Positions 23,867-35,586 of a stretch of DNA of 64,000 bases are shown in pieces (the first letter of the stretch is position 1; every line of letters begins with the position of its first letter). The stretch lies in assembly GCA_002245135.1 (NCBI GenBank), contig NGBS01000871.1, positions 434,001-498,000 of the forward strand, read 5' to 3'. A model generated the notes under the pieces. The model was not told where the DNA came from. It saw only the letters and a list, made by a program, of their open reading frames with translations, and searched no databases. Source of the DNA: Proteromonas lacertae. Lineage: Eukaryota. The position numbers were made by a program, and so were the translations under genes.

Positions 23867-23972
23867 AACTGACTGTAATAGTAAATAAAAAGATTTGTAT
23901 TTTGTTTTATGGGGAGATTTATTAAATTTTCATAATTTTAAATATAAAAAGTAAATATGATTATATTCTTAT

Positions 23973-26471
23973 TTATATATTTGGTAGTTTTTCGTCAAAA
24001 TCTCTAGCATACCTTGAAGTGGAAGAAGCTGAAGCATTTTGTCTAAATGGTCCAATTTCATTATCACTATCAACATCATTATTATTCAAGCTAAGCTTGA
24101 CTCTAACTGATAATGAGTTTGAGTGAATAGGTCCTGGTGCAATTGATCTTTTATGTGACATTGCAGTAGGAGGAATAGGAACAGGCGGTTTACTATACTT
24201 TGGATTATCAGATCGTGATCTAGATCTTAGTTCATACTATTTAAATATATAATAAATTATATTGTACATTAAATGGTTCAAAATCAGCTGTTGAATCTGA
24301 TAATAAAGGAGGCATCTAATAATTATTATAATTATAATATGATATTATCATACTTTAAATGATTCAATTGGAGAATATGATAATTGTATTGATGGAGATT
24401 TTCGTTTAGTTTTATGTGAAGTTAATACTTTTTCTCTTTTCTTACTTTTCTTATTGTTATTCTTCTTCTTCTTTCTTTTCTTTTCTTCTTCCATTTCTTC
24501 ACTATTTCAATAAATAATAATAATAATATATATATATACTTTAATGTTGCTATTATTCTATTTACTGTAATTTGTTCTGGATCACTATATTCTAATAGTG
24601 TTTCACATAATTTTTGTCCTATTAATTCATAGTCTGATTGAATCCAATAATATCCTGCCCTTTCACCATGATCACTTCCTGCAAATGTTGTTTCACATGT
24701 ATAACTATTCACTATCTTAAATTCCTTTCTTACAACTTGCTATTATACATATATAATTATAAAAATACTCTTCCTGTAGAATCTCTTGATTTTTTCATTT
24801 TATAATTACTATCTTCATATGAAAATAACTCACATTTTTCACTCATTATAAATGGCAATATTCTTTCTTTTCTTTTCAATTCTCCTTTTTTATTCTCACA
24901 ACCATATAAAAATACATTCATCTTCCTACTATGAGCGTGTAAATCAACATACAATACAACTGGTCTTTCAAATATAAACGCTTTCATCATTTCTTTAGTA
25001 TAATATATTGTTGGATTTGTTACTGGATCTGGTGTAGACCAACATCTATTTAGATCAACACCTCCTAAACCACATCGATAACTACCTATGATTACACCAT
25101 CTATATTCAACATTGGAACAATCTATATATAAATAATATTAAAAAATATATATATATAAATGGTATATATATACTTTAAATATAAAATTATCTCTCAATA
25201 TCATCGCTTCTACTGATGAACCAACTAAGAAATCAATTACACCCTATTAATAATAAATAAAAGCCATTATTATACTTTCATCATATATGAACCTGGAGTT
25301 TCACCTGGATGAACTCTCGCAGTTATCACCACTCCTTTCTTATTTTTTGTTGTATAACTATCAGATATTGGTGAAGTAATAGTTAATAAAAAGCATGGAT
25401 TACCTGCCACTGTATAACATAAAGTACTACGCTTTATATATGGTGATGTTAATGGATTTTTTTCTAAAAATGACAAGTGTTTTTTTAAATCTGTATATGT
25501 ATAAGGAAATGCATAAGATATATAAACTGTATCATGATCATTAGAGAAATCTAATGTAAAAGTGGCAGTGTAATAATTGCAATTTACATTCATTCTATTA
25601 ATTTCATTTTGATAGTAAGAGATATTTGTTCCACTTCTAAACCATCCTGTTCCATATATTACTGAATCCATATCACTATATACCAGCGGTTGCATTCCAT
25701 CATTAAATACACTATTTGGTTTGATTAGGTTTAAAATGTTAAATTTATATTTCATATTTTTCCTTGTATTAGAGACTGAAAAATAAAACCATTGAGTATG
25801 TCCTAGAGAATTGACATCTGGATTTAGAAATAAATCATATTCCATATCGCTCCTATACAGATATATATAATAACTATTAAAAATATACACTTTAATTGCT
25901 TTACGAAGATTTCCAGATTCAAATCTACTCTCAAATACTAAAGTTAAGTCATTGACTGATTTTGGTTTATACCATTGAGGTGGATTATTTGTATACTATA
26001 TTTAAAAAAATAATAATTAAAAATATATTGCAATACTCCAATATCTGGATCTAAACTGTCATATACTAATTCATGATCTGCTGTGTAAGATAAGAGTCTT
26101 GCATTGTCTTGTGAATTTGAAAATGACATATCATAATCATCAGGATTTAACATACATTGTTCTAAAGGAGAGAGAATTGAACTCATTGGTTCTCTTGAAG
26201 GCCAACGAAATGGGAAGGGTAATCCTCTATGATAATATAATTATATAGTTATACGTATTTGGAGGAATTGTAGGATCTAAAGGATCTGGGGGAAGAATTC
26301 TGTTTTCTATTATACTTGACAAGGAAACAACTGGAGGTCCAGGTACCTAACAAAACAATAAGAATATTGAAATACTAATGTGTCTATGTAATGAGCTACT
26401 AGAGAAATTGTTCGACTTCTTGCTTCACCTTCGACTTCAGAACCAGAATCAGTGCTATCAGCATCGTCCAT
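23973..26471 (-). CDS. Cytosolic carboxypeptidase (M14D, CCP/Nna1-like tubulin deglutamylase); multi-exon
   Basis: FESGNL, WFYF, FPYTY, RVHPGE, PMLNIDG, GVDLNR, DLHAHS and YTCETTF motifs across exons joined by short GT-AG introns. Confidence 0.9.
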
Positions 26472-26613
26472 ATAATTTCAAAAATAGATTTACTTGATTT
26501 TAATCAATATTTTGAATTATTTCAAAATAAATAATAAAATATATTCGTTATGTTTGATTTAAATTCAAAATTTCTCATTAACAACACAATAACAATTATA
26601 TACTATTTAACAA

Positions 26614-27591
26614 TTATTCCATTACAGGATATGAAGCATCAGCTGCAATACCACACATTCCATGACCACCAATATCTTTAGCAAATCTGAAATAACCTTT
26701 CTCTCCCCAACTTTCACCCCAACTATTTTTCACTTTCCAATACTTCTTACCATCAGCAACACCATAACCTACAGCTAAAACACCATGATTTAATTGTTCA
26801 ACACACTCATCATCATAAATACCACCTTGATAGAATTGTAATGGATCAGCATTAATAGCAACAGATACTGGATTTAAGGCAATAGCTTCTTCTAAAGCTT
26901 TTTCATTTGGTTCAACATCTACGTATGAAGAGACGTGAACAACTGGTTTACAGGTTGTATTACATACATCATAATCCCTGCCTGTGTACCAATAATCATT
27001 TTCAGAACAAATACCATTATCTTTGACATATTCAAAAGCATTAGTCATTTTACCACCATAACAGCCAAAATTACCATATTTACTACTACAATCAATCAAT
27101 TGCTGTTTGGATAAAACAATCATTTTACCATTTTTGATAAAGTTTAAACTTTCCATTGCACCAGTTGCTGAAAATGCCCAGCATGATCCACATCTACCTT
27201 GATTTCTTACAGGTGCAACAGCTCCTTGGGTTGTCCAGTCTACATCGTGATTTCTTAATTGATGTACTTTGTGTGGAGCATATTTTTTTGCACCAGGAAT
27301 ACCTCCATAACATCCACAGAATCTTGCATTCTTGAATTCTTCTAAAGTCATATCAGCAAATCTATTCACTCCCAAACTATAAGAGTGTTTACCAGCATTG
27401 TGACTTTCAATCTTGTCAAGATTGTCAGCAAATACTTGAATACGATACATGTGTTCATCAGCTGAAACATACTCTTTTTTATATTGTCTTCTAAATGTTT
27501 CAAAAGCGTATTCATAGTATTGTCTTGATCTTAAATTAGCACAGAATGCTAATGGTAAGGCAACAAGGATTAATAGAGTGATATATCTCAT
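26614..27591 (-). CDS. Cathepsin L-like cysteine protease, copy D
   Basis: Signal peptide, I29 propeptide, QGRCGSCWAF, NHGV, KNSWG. Confidence 0.97.
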   Translation of the reverse strand: MRYITLLILVALPLAFCANLRSRQYYEYAFETFRRQYKKEYVSADEHMYRIQVFADNLDKIESHNAGKHSYSLGVNRFADMTLEEFKNARFCGCYGGIPGAKKYAPHKVHQLRNHDVDWTTQGAVAPVRNQGRCGSCWAFSATGAMESLNFIKNGKMIVLSKQQLIDCSSKYGNFGCYGGKMTNAFEYVKDNGICSENDYWYTGRDYDVCNTTCKPVVHVSSYVDVEPNEKALEEAIALNPVSVAINADPLQFYQGGIYDDECVEQLNHGVLAVGYGVADGKKYWKVKNSWGESWGEKGYFRFAKDIGGHGMCGIAADASYPVME

Positions 27592-27692
27592 TATTTTAAA
27601 AAATATATTTCAAAAATATATTCGTTATGTTCGATTTAAATTCAAAATATCTCATTAACAAAACAGTATCACAATTACATACTCTATAAAAG

Positions 27693-28667
27693 TTATTCCA
27701 CTACTGGGTATGAAGCTGTTTCTGCTATACCACATTGACCAAATCCGCCTATGTCCTTAATAAAACGGAAATAACCTTTCTCACCCCAACTTTCACCCCA
27801 ACTGTTCTTCACTTTCCAATACTTCATACCATCAACACTTCCATAACCAACAGCTAACACACCGTGATTCAAAGATCCAGCACATCCTCCATCATAAATT
27901 CCATCTTTATAAAATTGTAATGGATCAGCATTAATACCCACTGAAACTGGGTTTAAGTTAACAGCATCTTGTAAGGCTTTTTCATTTGGTTCAACATTAA
28001 CATATGATGAGATGTGGACAGCTGCTTTACAGGTGGTTTTACATACTTCATCTTTAGCTGTGTATTGATAGTCTTCTTCTAAACAAATTCCATGATCTTT
28101 AACATAATCAAAAGCTTGATCCATCAAACCACCTCCACATCCAAAGTTGCCATACTCACCACTACAATCTACTAATTGCTGTTCTGATAATCTTATTAAT
28201 TTACCATTCTTTAAGTAATTTACACTTTCTAATGAACCAGTTGCTGAAAATGCCCAACAAGATCCACAAGCAGCTTGATCTTTTACTGGAGTAACTGCTC
28301 CTTGGGTTGTCCAATCGAAATTATGTGCTCTGAGTTGATGTATTCTATGTGGAGCATATTTTTTTGCACCAGGAATACCTCCATAACATCCACAGAATTT
28401 TGCATTCTTAAACTCTTCTAAAGTCATATCAGCAAATCTATTCACTCCCAAACTATAAGAGTGTTTACCAGCATTGTGACTTTCAATCTTGTCAAGATTG
28501 TCAGCAAATACTTGAATACGATACATATGTTCATCAGCTGAAACATACTCTTTTTTATATTGTCTTCTAAATGTTTCAAAAGCGTATTCATAGTATTGTC
28601 TTGATCTTAAATTAGCACAGAATGCTAATGGTAAGGCAACAAGGATTAATAGAGTGATATATCTCAT
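27693..28667 (-). CDS. Cathepsin L-like cysteine protease, copy C
   Basis: Signal peptide MRYITLLILVALPLAFC, I29 propeptide, QAACGSCWAF, NHGV, KNSWG. Confidence 0.97.
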   Translation of the reverse strand: MRYITLLILVALPLAFCANLRSRQYYEYAFETFRRQYKKEYVSADEHMYRIQVFADNLDKIESHNAGKHSYSLGVNRFADMTLEEFKNAKFCGCYGGIPGAKKYAPHRIHQLRAHNFDWTTQGAVTPVKDQAACGSCWAFSATGSLESVNYLKNGKLIRLSEQQLVDCSGEYGNFGCGGGLMDQAFDYVKDHGICLEEDYQYTAKDEVCKTTCKAAVHISSYVNVEPNEKALQDAVNLNPVSVGINADPLQFYKDGIYDGGCAGSLNHGVLAVGYGSVDGMKYWKVKNSWGESWGEKGYFRFIKDIGGFGQCGIAETASYPVVE

Positions 28668-28795
28668 GATTTTAAAAATGCAATATAGCCGTTTCAAAAT
28701 GAAAAGACATTTCAAAACTATCATATTCAATCACATAAATATTATTTTATTATGTTTCCTAATATCAAACAAACAAATATATCACACCAGTAAGG

Positions 28796-30090
28796 ATAAT
28801 GTTTAAACAACTGGGTAGGTTGACATGGCAGCAATACCACATTCACCAGTTCCACCAATATCCTTAATCATACGAATATAACCTTTCTCACCCCAATCTT
28901 CACCCCAACTGTTCTTTACTTTCCAGTATTTTACACCTTCATCAGTTTCACCATAACCAACAGCTAATACACCATGATCTAAGAATTCACCACAAGGTTC
29001 ATCGAATATACCACTTTGATACATCATAAATGGATCAGCATATACAGCTACTGATACTGGTTGTTGAGTTACAGCTTTTGCTAAACTTTCTTCGTTTGTC
29101 TTTACATTTACATAACTGCTGAGTTTAACTGCACTCTTGCAGGTTGTTTTACATACTTCATCCTTAGCTGTGTATGGATAATCTTCTTCTAAACATAAAC
29201 CATTGTCTTTTACATATTCAAAAGCACTGGTCATTAAACCACCTCCACAACCATTGTTGCCATATTTACCACTGCAGTCTACTAATTGTTGTTCAGAGAA
29301 ACTTAATAATTTACCATTCTTTAAGAAATCAGCACTTTCTAAAGCACCAGTGGCAGAGAAAGCCCAACAGGAACCACAAGCAGCTTGATCCTTTACTGGA
29401 GTTACGGCACCCTTGCTTGTCCAATCAACGGAAGGAGCAGCATGAATGTGTAATTCTTGAACATTCTTTGGAGCATTCTTTACACCATTGAAACATCCAC
29501 AGAAATGAGCATTCTTGAATTCTTCTAAGGTCATATCACTGAACTTGTTTACTCCCATCTTATAACCACTTGGAACACGGTTGTGCATTTCAATCTTGTC
29601 AAGGTTATTGGCAAAGATTTGCATACGATACATATGTTCATCAGCTGAAGCATACTCTTTTTTGTATTGTCTTCGGTAAGTCTCAAACGCATACTCGTAG
29701 TATTCACGAGCTTTGAGGTTGTAACAGAATGCTAATGGTAAAGCAACAAGCACTAATAAAGCAATAGCTTTCATTCTTTTTATCTTTTTATAATAGCCAA
29801 TAAAATCGATAGTTTTGTGTTTCAAAAAGTTTGTCATTTATTCGTTTCATTTTTTTAAATTTTATAACGTCTTCCTCTCATACATAAACCCATTACCTTC
29901 ATAATCTTGTTTAGAGTAATACTTTCTTCAATTGTCTTTACACTTTTCGAAGAATAGATAAAATCCAAAAATACTCTCTTAAATCATTTTTATAATTAAT
30001 TAATGAATTAATAAAACCATTATAATGAATGAAAATGTATTTGTTCTTTTGTTTTTTAAATATTGAAAATATATTCGTTTCATTTACAGT
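28796..30090 (-). repeat. Right arm of the 1295-bp inverted duplication
   Basis: Reverse complement of 21408-22702. Confidence 0.95.
28803..29774 (-). CDS. Cathepsin L-like cysteine protease, copy A' (protein identical to copy A)
   Basis: Translation is identical to that of 21724-22695. Confidence 0.97.
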   Translation of the reverse strand: MKAIALLVLVALPLAFCYNLKAREYYEYAFETYRRQYKKEYASADEHMYRMQIFANNLDKIEMHNRVPSGYKMGVNKFSDMTLEEFKNAHFCGCFNGVKNAPKNVQELHIHAAPSVDWTSKGAVTPVKDQAACGSCWAFSATGALESADFLKNGKLLSFSEQQLVDCSGKYGNNGCGGGLMTSAFEYVKDNGLCLEEDYPYTAKDEVCKTTCKSAVKLSSYVNVKTNEESLAKAVTQQPVSVAVYADPFMMYQSGIFDEPCGEFLDHGVLAVGYGETDEGVKYWKVKNSWGEDWGEKGYIRMIKDIGGTGECGIAAMSTYPVV

Positions 30091-30140
30091 ATGTTTATTG
30101 ATTGTTGGTCCAATTGCAATAATTCATATTAATAATATTC

Positions 30141-30178
30141 ATAGATAAATTCATTCAGTTTTCAACAAAAATAAAAAA
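30141..30178 (+). repeat. 38-bp direct repeat, copy 2
   Basis: Identical to 21367-21404. Confidence 0.9.
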
Positions 30179-30317
30179 TAAAAATATAAAAGAAAAATAT
30201 AAATCTTTCATTTATATAATTAATTGGAGGATATATACTATTAGAATCTTATAAACGGGTAATATTTGGATTAAAATACATTAATACTAAACATAATTGT
30301 TTGGGGAAAATTTACAC

Positions 30318-31359
30318 TTAAGAATTTTTACATTTCACAATATGATGACAGTATTGCATTGGATATTTTGAAATATGTTTACATTTATCACATTGAAACA
30401 GTGGCTTATTTCTCTTGTTGAAAAACATCAAAGACATCTTCAAATGAATAATTAGTGACTTTTCATAAATAAACTTCGTCAACATTGGATTCTTTGTCAA
30501 AGGAAAGAATGAGAATATCTAAAATAATATAAATAATAACAGTAATATGATATACTTTTACAGAATTAAATTTGTATTTATTTTTATGTTGGATATACCA
30601 CGCATATGCGAATGTATATGGTAAAAGATCAGATCGTGCCTGATTTGCAGCATTTGTGAATAAAGTTAGACACATACCTTCAGATATTGACAATCGAAGT
30701 AAATCTCGCATTAAAATAACGGTTTCTTCAACTGCAAGAGATCCTTTCGAATCTTTATCTGCTACTCTGCAAAATAAATAAAATAAAGTTTTTTCTCTGG
30801 ATTGGTACTATTTAAAAATTAGAAAAATATAAAAATTTTACTTTTTCTTCATATAATACTAAAGCATAATCATTGATTTGACACTTAGCTTGTTTGTAGA
30901 AAAATTCATTAATATCACTATTTAACGACAAAGTCTCTAACAGATGAACACATCCACTTTGTGTCTCTTTAATTACATTTTCTCTAAAAACTCTTCTAGT
31001 TTCGTATGATTCTTTGTAAGGCTTTAGCACTCTATATCTTCTATATGTTTTTTGTATCACTGTTGCTGCAGCATCATCTGTTAATGGAATTGATCTTCTT
31101 GTAATGATTGGAGTGGCTGACTCTATTTTTATTCCGTTCAATAGACTACTTCGGAAAGTTTCATATGACATCACTCTTTGACATGAACCTCTAGCACTAT
31201 TATCAATTGAGAATGAACTGTTATTTGACGGAATGTGTAATTGATATGAATATCTCGGCAAAAAATTCTGGATACCACTAAGATCGGTAGGAAACTATAA
31301 CTTAGAAGAACAATATTAAATACTCTGGGACCTTTCTTAGGTGAAAATGGACGTGCCAT
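30318..31359 (-). CDS. IQ-motif protein with an EF-hand-like loop and a C-terminal zinc-finger-like motif; 4 exons
   Basis: AAATVIQKTYRRYRV (IQ); DKDSKGSLAVEE (EF-hand-like); FQCDKCKHISKYPMQYCHHIVKC; three GT-AG introns join the fragments. Confidence 0.65.
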
Positions 31360-31564
31360 ATTTATTACTTATATTTCTATTTATAACTATTTAAAAACCA
31401 AACACTTCTTGCATATGAAGAAAATCACCTTTTAATTATAAATATTCGTTTCACACTAAAAAATAATCTGTTACACTCTTTCCATCTTCTAAAAAGTCAC
31501 TTGTCACAGATTTGGATGTATATTTTAAGATTTTAAACAAACAATTATTCATATTATCATTAAA

Positions 31565-33222
31565 TTAATAAATTATATCATCAATTTTTAATTCTTCTTT
31601 CGGAGTAAGTTTTTCTTTGACATTCTGATATAAATGCACTATAGGCGAATCTTTTGTGTATTTAGAAATAAAATTAATTGATAAATACGAAAACTCTTCT
31701 ATTTTCTCTTTAAGCATATCTTTTCCATATTGGTATCTATTTGTATGAAGTATAATGTTCAATATATATATAAGTGAGTCATCATCTTTGTTCTCAATAC
31801 TCTCACTGAATAATTTCATAATTACATCTAATCCTTTACAGTTAAGGAATGGTATAACATTTCCTTCTATTTATATTACAATATATATATATATATATAT
31901 ATACGATAAAATGTCATATAAAATAAAACACTCAACGAAGAATGAAGTAATTGTTTATCACTCTTAAAATCTCTAATATAATTTACAATGTAAGAAATAT
32001 CCTCATTACATTTCAATATTACTGGATCTATACAAATAAATAAATAAATAATTATTATTATTATACTGCTATATACACTCCCATATTGACATAACAAATT
32101 TAAAAATGATATTCCAATTTTACCTCCATATAGTTTATTATATTTAATAAAAGTAAAACAAATATCATAAACATCATTCAAATACTTCTCAAGAACTGAA
32201 TTCTTTGTTTTAAATATTTCAAATAACAATAAAATGATTAAACTAGAAGATGGTAAATCAGTTTTATGAAAAGATTGAATCATTAATGGAAGAATATCGC
32301 TTTTTAATACTTTCTTTAAATTATGTTTACTATGTCGACATAAGTATCTGATTCTATGAAATATTTCATATTTTGGATTGTCCATATGTTTTTTTAATTT
32401 AACTACTATTCCATCAACTCCTATGCCAATCATTCCTAATCGATGATAGATTTCTTTCATTGTTGGTCTTTTATTTACATCTTTTCTTAGACATATTTCT
32501 ATACAGTGATTTAAACCACTACTTATCCCACTAACAGGTAGTTTCATCCGATAATTAGTCGCATAACTGAGTATTGTTGCTCCTAAACTATATACATCTT
32601 TCTTATCTGATTCTTCTCTTTCTGGAGCTTCAAATTTCTGTCTTTTTTTGATCTTGATATAGGTATAACAGAAATCTGGAAGCATATAACCGTCAATTAA
32701 GATATCTTTATTGGAAATAATTATACTTCGTGGAGTAAGATAATTGTGATGAATTCCTTTCGAATGCAAATAATATAACCCTCTGGCAGCTCTTAAAAAG
32801 ATTTGAAGTATTTCTTTTTCTTTAGCTAGCTGTTGCAGTTTTTTATTTCTTTTAATGACAGAGTGTAATGAATTAAAAGGTTGATTTTCTAAAGGTCTTA
32901 AGAAATAGAAGAAATCGTGATCTTTAAAATAATCACAATAGCAAACAACATTTTTACAATTCAATTGACTTAGTTTATCACCCTATATAAATTTTATTAA
33001 ACAAATAGTATATACTCCATTAACTGTTTGCTTGTAGGTTCGTTTGATTATTCTTGTATAGTATAATGTATTATCTTTTAGTTTTTTAACTATGCATTCA
33101 TCGTCACTAATGGACTGATCATACTCATAACCATGCTCGCTTAATGTATCAGCTCTAATCATCTATATTTAATATCTTACATACGAATATACAGGAGTTA
33201 AGTCTGATACAGTATTACCCAT
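31565..33222 (-). CDS. Pseudokinase (NEK-like fold) with an N-myristoylation signal and an ARM-like C-terminus; multi-exon
   Basis: MGNTVS start; GLYYLHSKGIHHNYLTPRSI, FEAPE, DVYSLG, KRPTMKEI; helical ARM-like tail. Confidence 0.75.
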
Positions 33223-33320
33223 AAAGATTTAATATTTAACGAAATTTGGTTAATGAAAACATTTTTTGAAATACCTGTTTCAATTTAAAATTTGAATTTT
33301 ATTTCTTCATTTTCTTGTCA

Positions 33321-35448
33321 ATGGATAATCCTATAGATATATTGTATATTTTATATGTTTCATTTAATAGTCAAGCTCAGATTAGAAAGCTAACTGATGA
33401 AAATGCTTATCTTGTAAAGCTAAATGACAAATATAACATAAGAATGGCATTTCTTTTAGTATAATATTATAATATTTAAATTATAGAACGAATTAGGCAA
33501 ATCAGTAATCAATGAAGACATGCAAATGGATTGTGATGAAGTAAATAAACAACAATACACACATCCAAAATATTGGTACCAGTGCAAAGAACAAGCAGAT
33601 GTTATATTTACTCCGTTATTAGAAACTTATGAAATTGAAATTAAAAAACTACAGAAAGTATGTGATATAATAAACGTAATTATTATTATTAAATAGACAA
33701 TATTAAATTTTCAAACGAAATATTCTGAACTCTCAGCAGAAGTGAATGAAACAAAATCAAAAATGCAAAAAATGGAAATAGAAAATAAAGTATAAAATAT
33801 CATAGATTAATTTATGAATAAATAGAATTTGAAAGATGAATATGATAGATTATTATCAAATAACAACAACAGTTGCACAGAAAAATCATGTCACAATTAC
33901 ATCACACTGTTACAAACTGAAATAAAGAAATATAAAAATGTAAAAATAATATATATAAATATCATTTTTATAGCAATACGAAGATATATCACAATTATAT
34001 GACAATTCAAAACAATATATAGAAAAACTAACAGATGAAAGAGATAAAGCAGAAAATAAAGTAAATGAATCATCAGAAGTGTTAAAGAAAATAAAAGAAG
34101 ATTTAAAAGAAATATTAATACAAAAGAATGAATTTGAATTAGAAAATAAAAAGGTAAAAGAAGATCATGAAATAATAATGAATAGTACCTTAGATTTAAA
34201 AAGTGAAAATAATAAATTGAATAAAGACCTAGAAAATTTAAAGAATAAATATGAAAAACTAAATGAAGAAAATGAATCATTGAATATTGAATATGATGTA
34301 CTGTTAAAATCATATGAAAAAGATTCAAAAGATGTATATATCAACAGTTTTTATTATACTTTATATAGTTAATTAATGCAAATATGCAAAACTCTGGTCT
34401 AAAAGGAATAATTGACGATTTAAAAATGGAATTATCCAATTTACAGAAACAACAGTCAGTCCAAGTTGAAACAATGAAACTATTAAACAAAAAACTTGAA
34501 CAAACTGAAAGTGAAAAACAATTATATCAGCATAAACATGCTGAATTATTAGATATTAATTCTGCATTGACTAGAGACAATGAAAATAAAACACTCTCTG
34601 AGAAAAATATGAAATTTAAATATTATGAATTAGAAAATTCAACTCAAAAACAAATATACTCAATTCAAACTGAATATGAAAATAAAACAAAAGAAAGTGA
34701 TAAAAAATATAAACAATTAATTGAAGAACTAAAACAGACAATAAAGAGTAGTAATTATATAAATGTTAACAATAACAATGATAATAGCAATGGTAGTAGT
34801 ATAAACAGTAGCAGTAGTAATAATTATGGTATAAATAATAATGATAATGAAGGATATTCAAATAAAATGAAAAAAATAATTGAAGACTGGGAAAATATGA
34901 AAAATAAATATCAAAATGAAATTGATATACTAAATGATAAATATAAATCACTTCAAACGCAATATCAATCAGCTAATGAAAAGAATGTTAGATTAACTCA
35001 TGAATTAGATGAATGTAAAAATAAAATTTCATTATTGGAACATCAAGTAGAATCTTTAAAAGAAGAGAACTCTGGATATAGAAATATTCAAAAGGAAGTG
35101 ATAGTAAATAGTAATAAAATAAATGGATTGTTGAATTCTAATGCTGAGTTAGAAACTAAATATAAAATATCAATCAGTGAGAAAAATATGTTAAACAATA
35201 ATTTAAATCATTTACAATTGCTTAAAGATGAGAGTGAAAGGAATTTAAACTCACAAATTGTTAAATTGAAACAAATGAATTATGATTTAGCTCAGAAGTT
35301 AAATGAAATCACAAATAAAAATAATTTACTTAGCCACGAATTAGCTGAATTGAAAAAACAGATTTCTATTGAACAGATACAACAAGATGTTCATTCACTG
35401 TATAATGCCATAGAAATACCACTTCCATCTCTTGAAGAATCAAAATAG
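33321..35448 (+). CDS. Long coiled-coil protein of unknown function; multi-exon
   Basis: E/K/Q/L heptad-rich ORFs joined by six short GT-AG introns. Confidence 0.7.
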
Positions 35449-35586
35449 TAGTAATTTTATCATTATTTATATTGTACTCTATGTTTACCTATCTAATTTA
35501 AACTTTAAAATGAAGATGAATTAATGTAGGCTTGATTACCTCAAATATATTTGATTTTATTCTTTCTAAAATGTCTTCACCTGATT

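Noticed and set aside
33590..33660. FTPLLETYE resembles a CEP89-like motif
   Set aside because: Too short within generic coiled coil to assign without a profile search.
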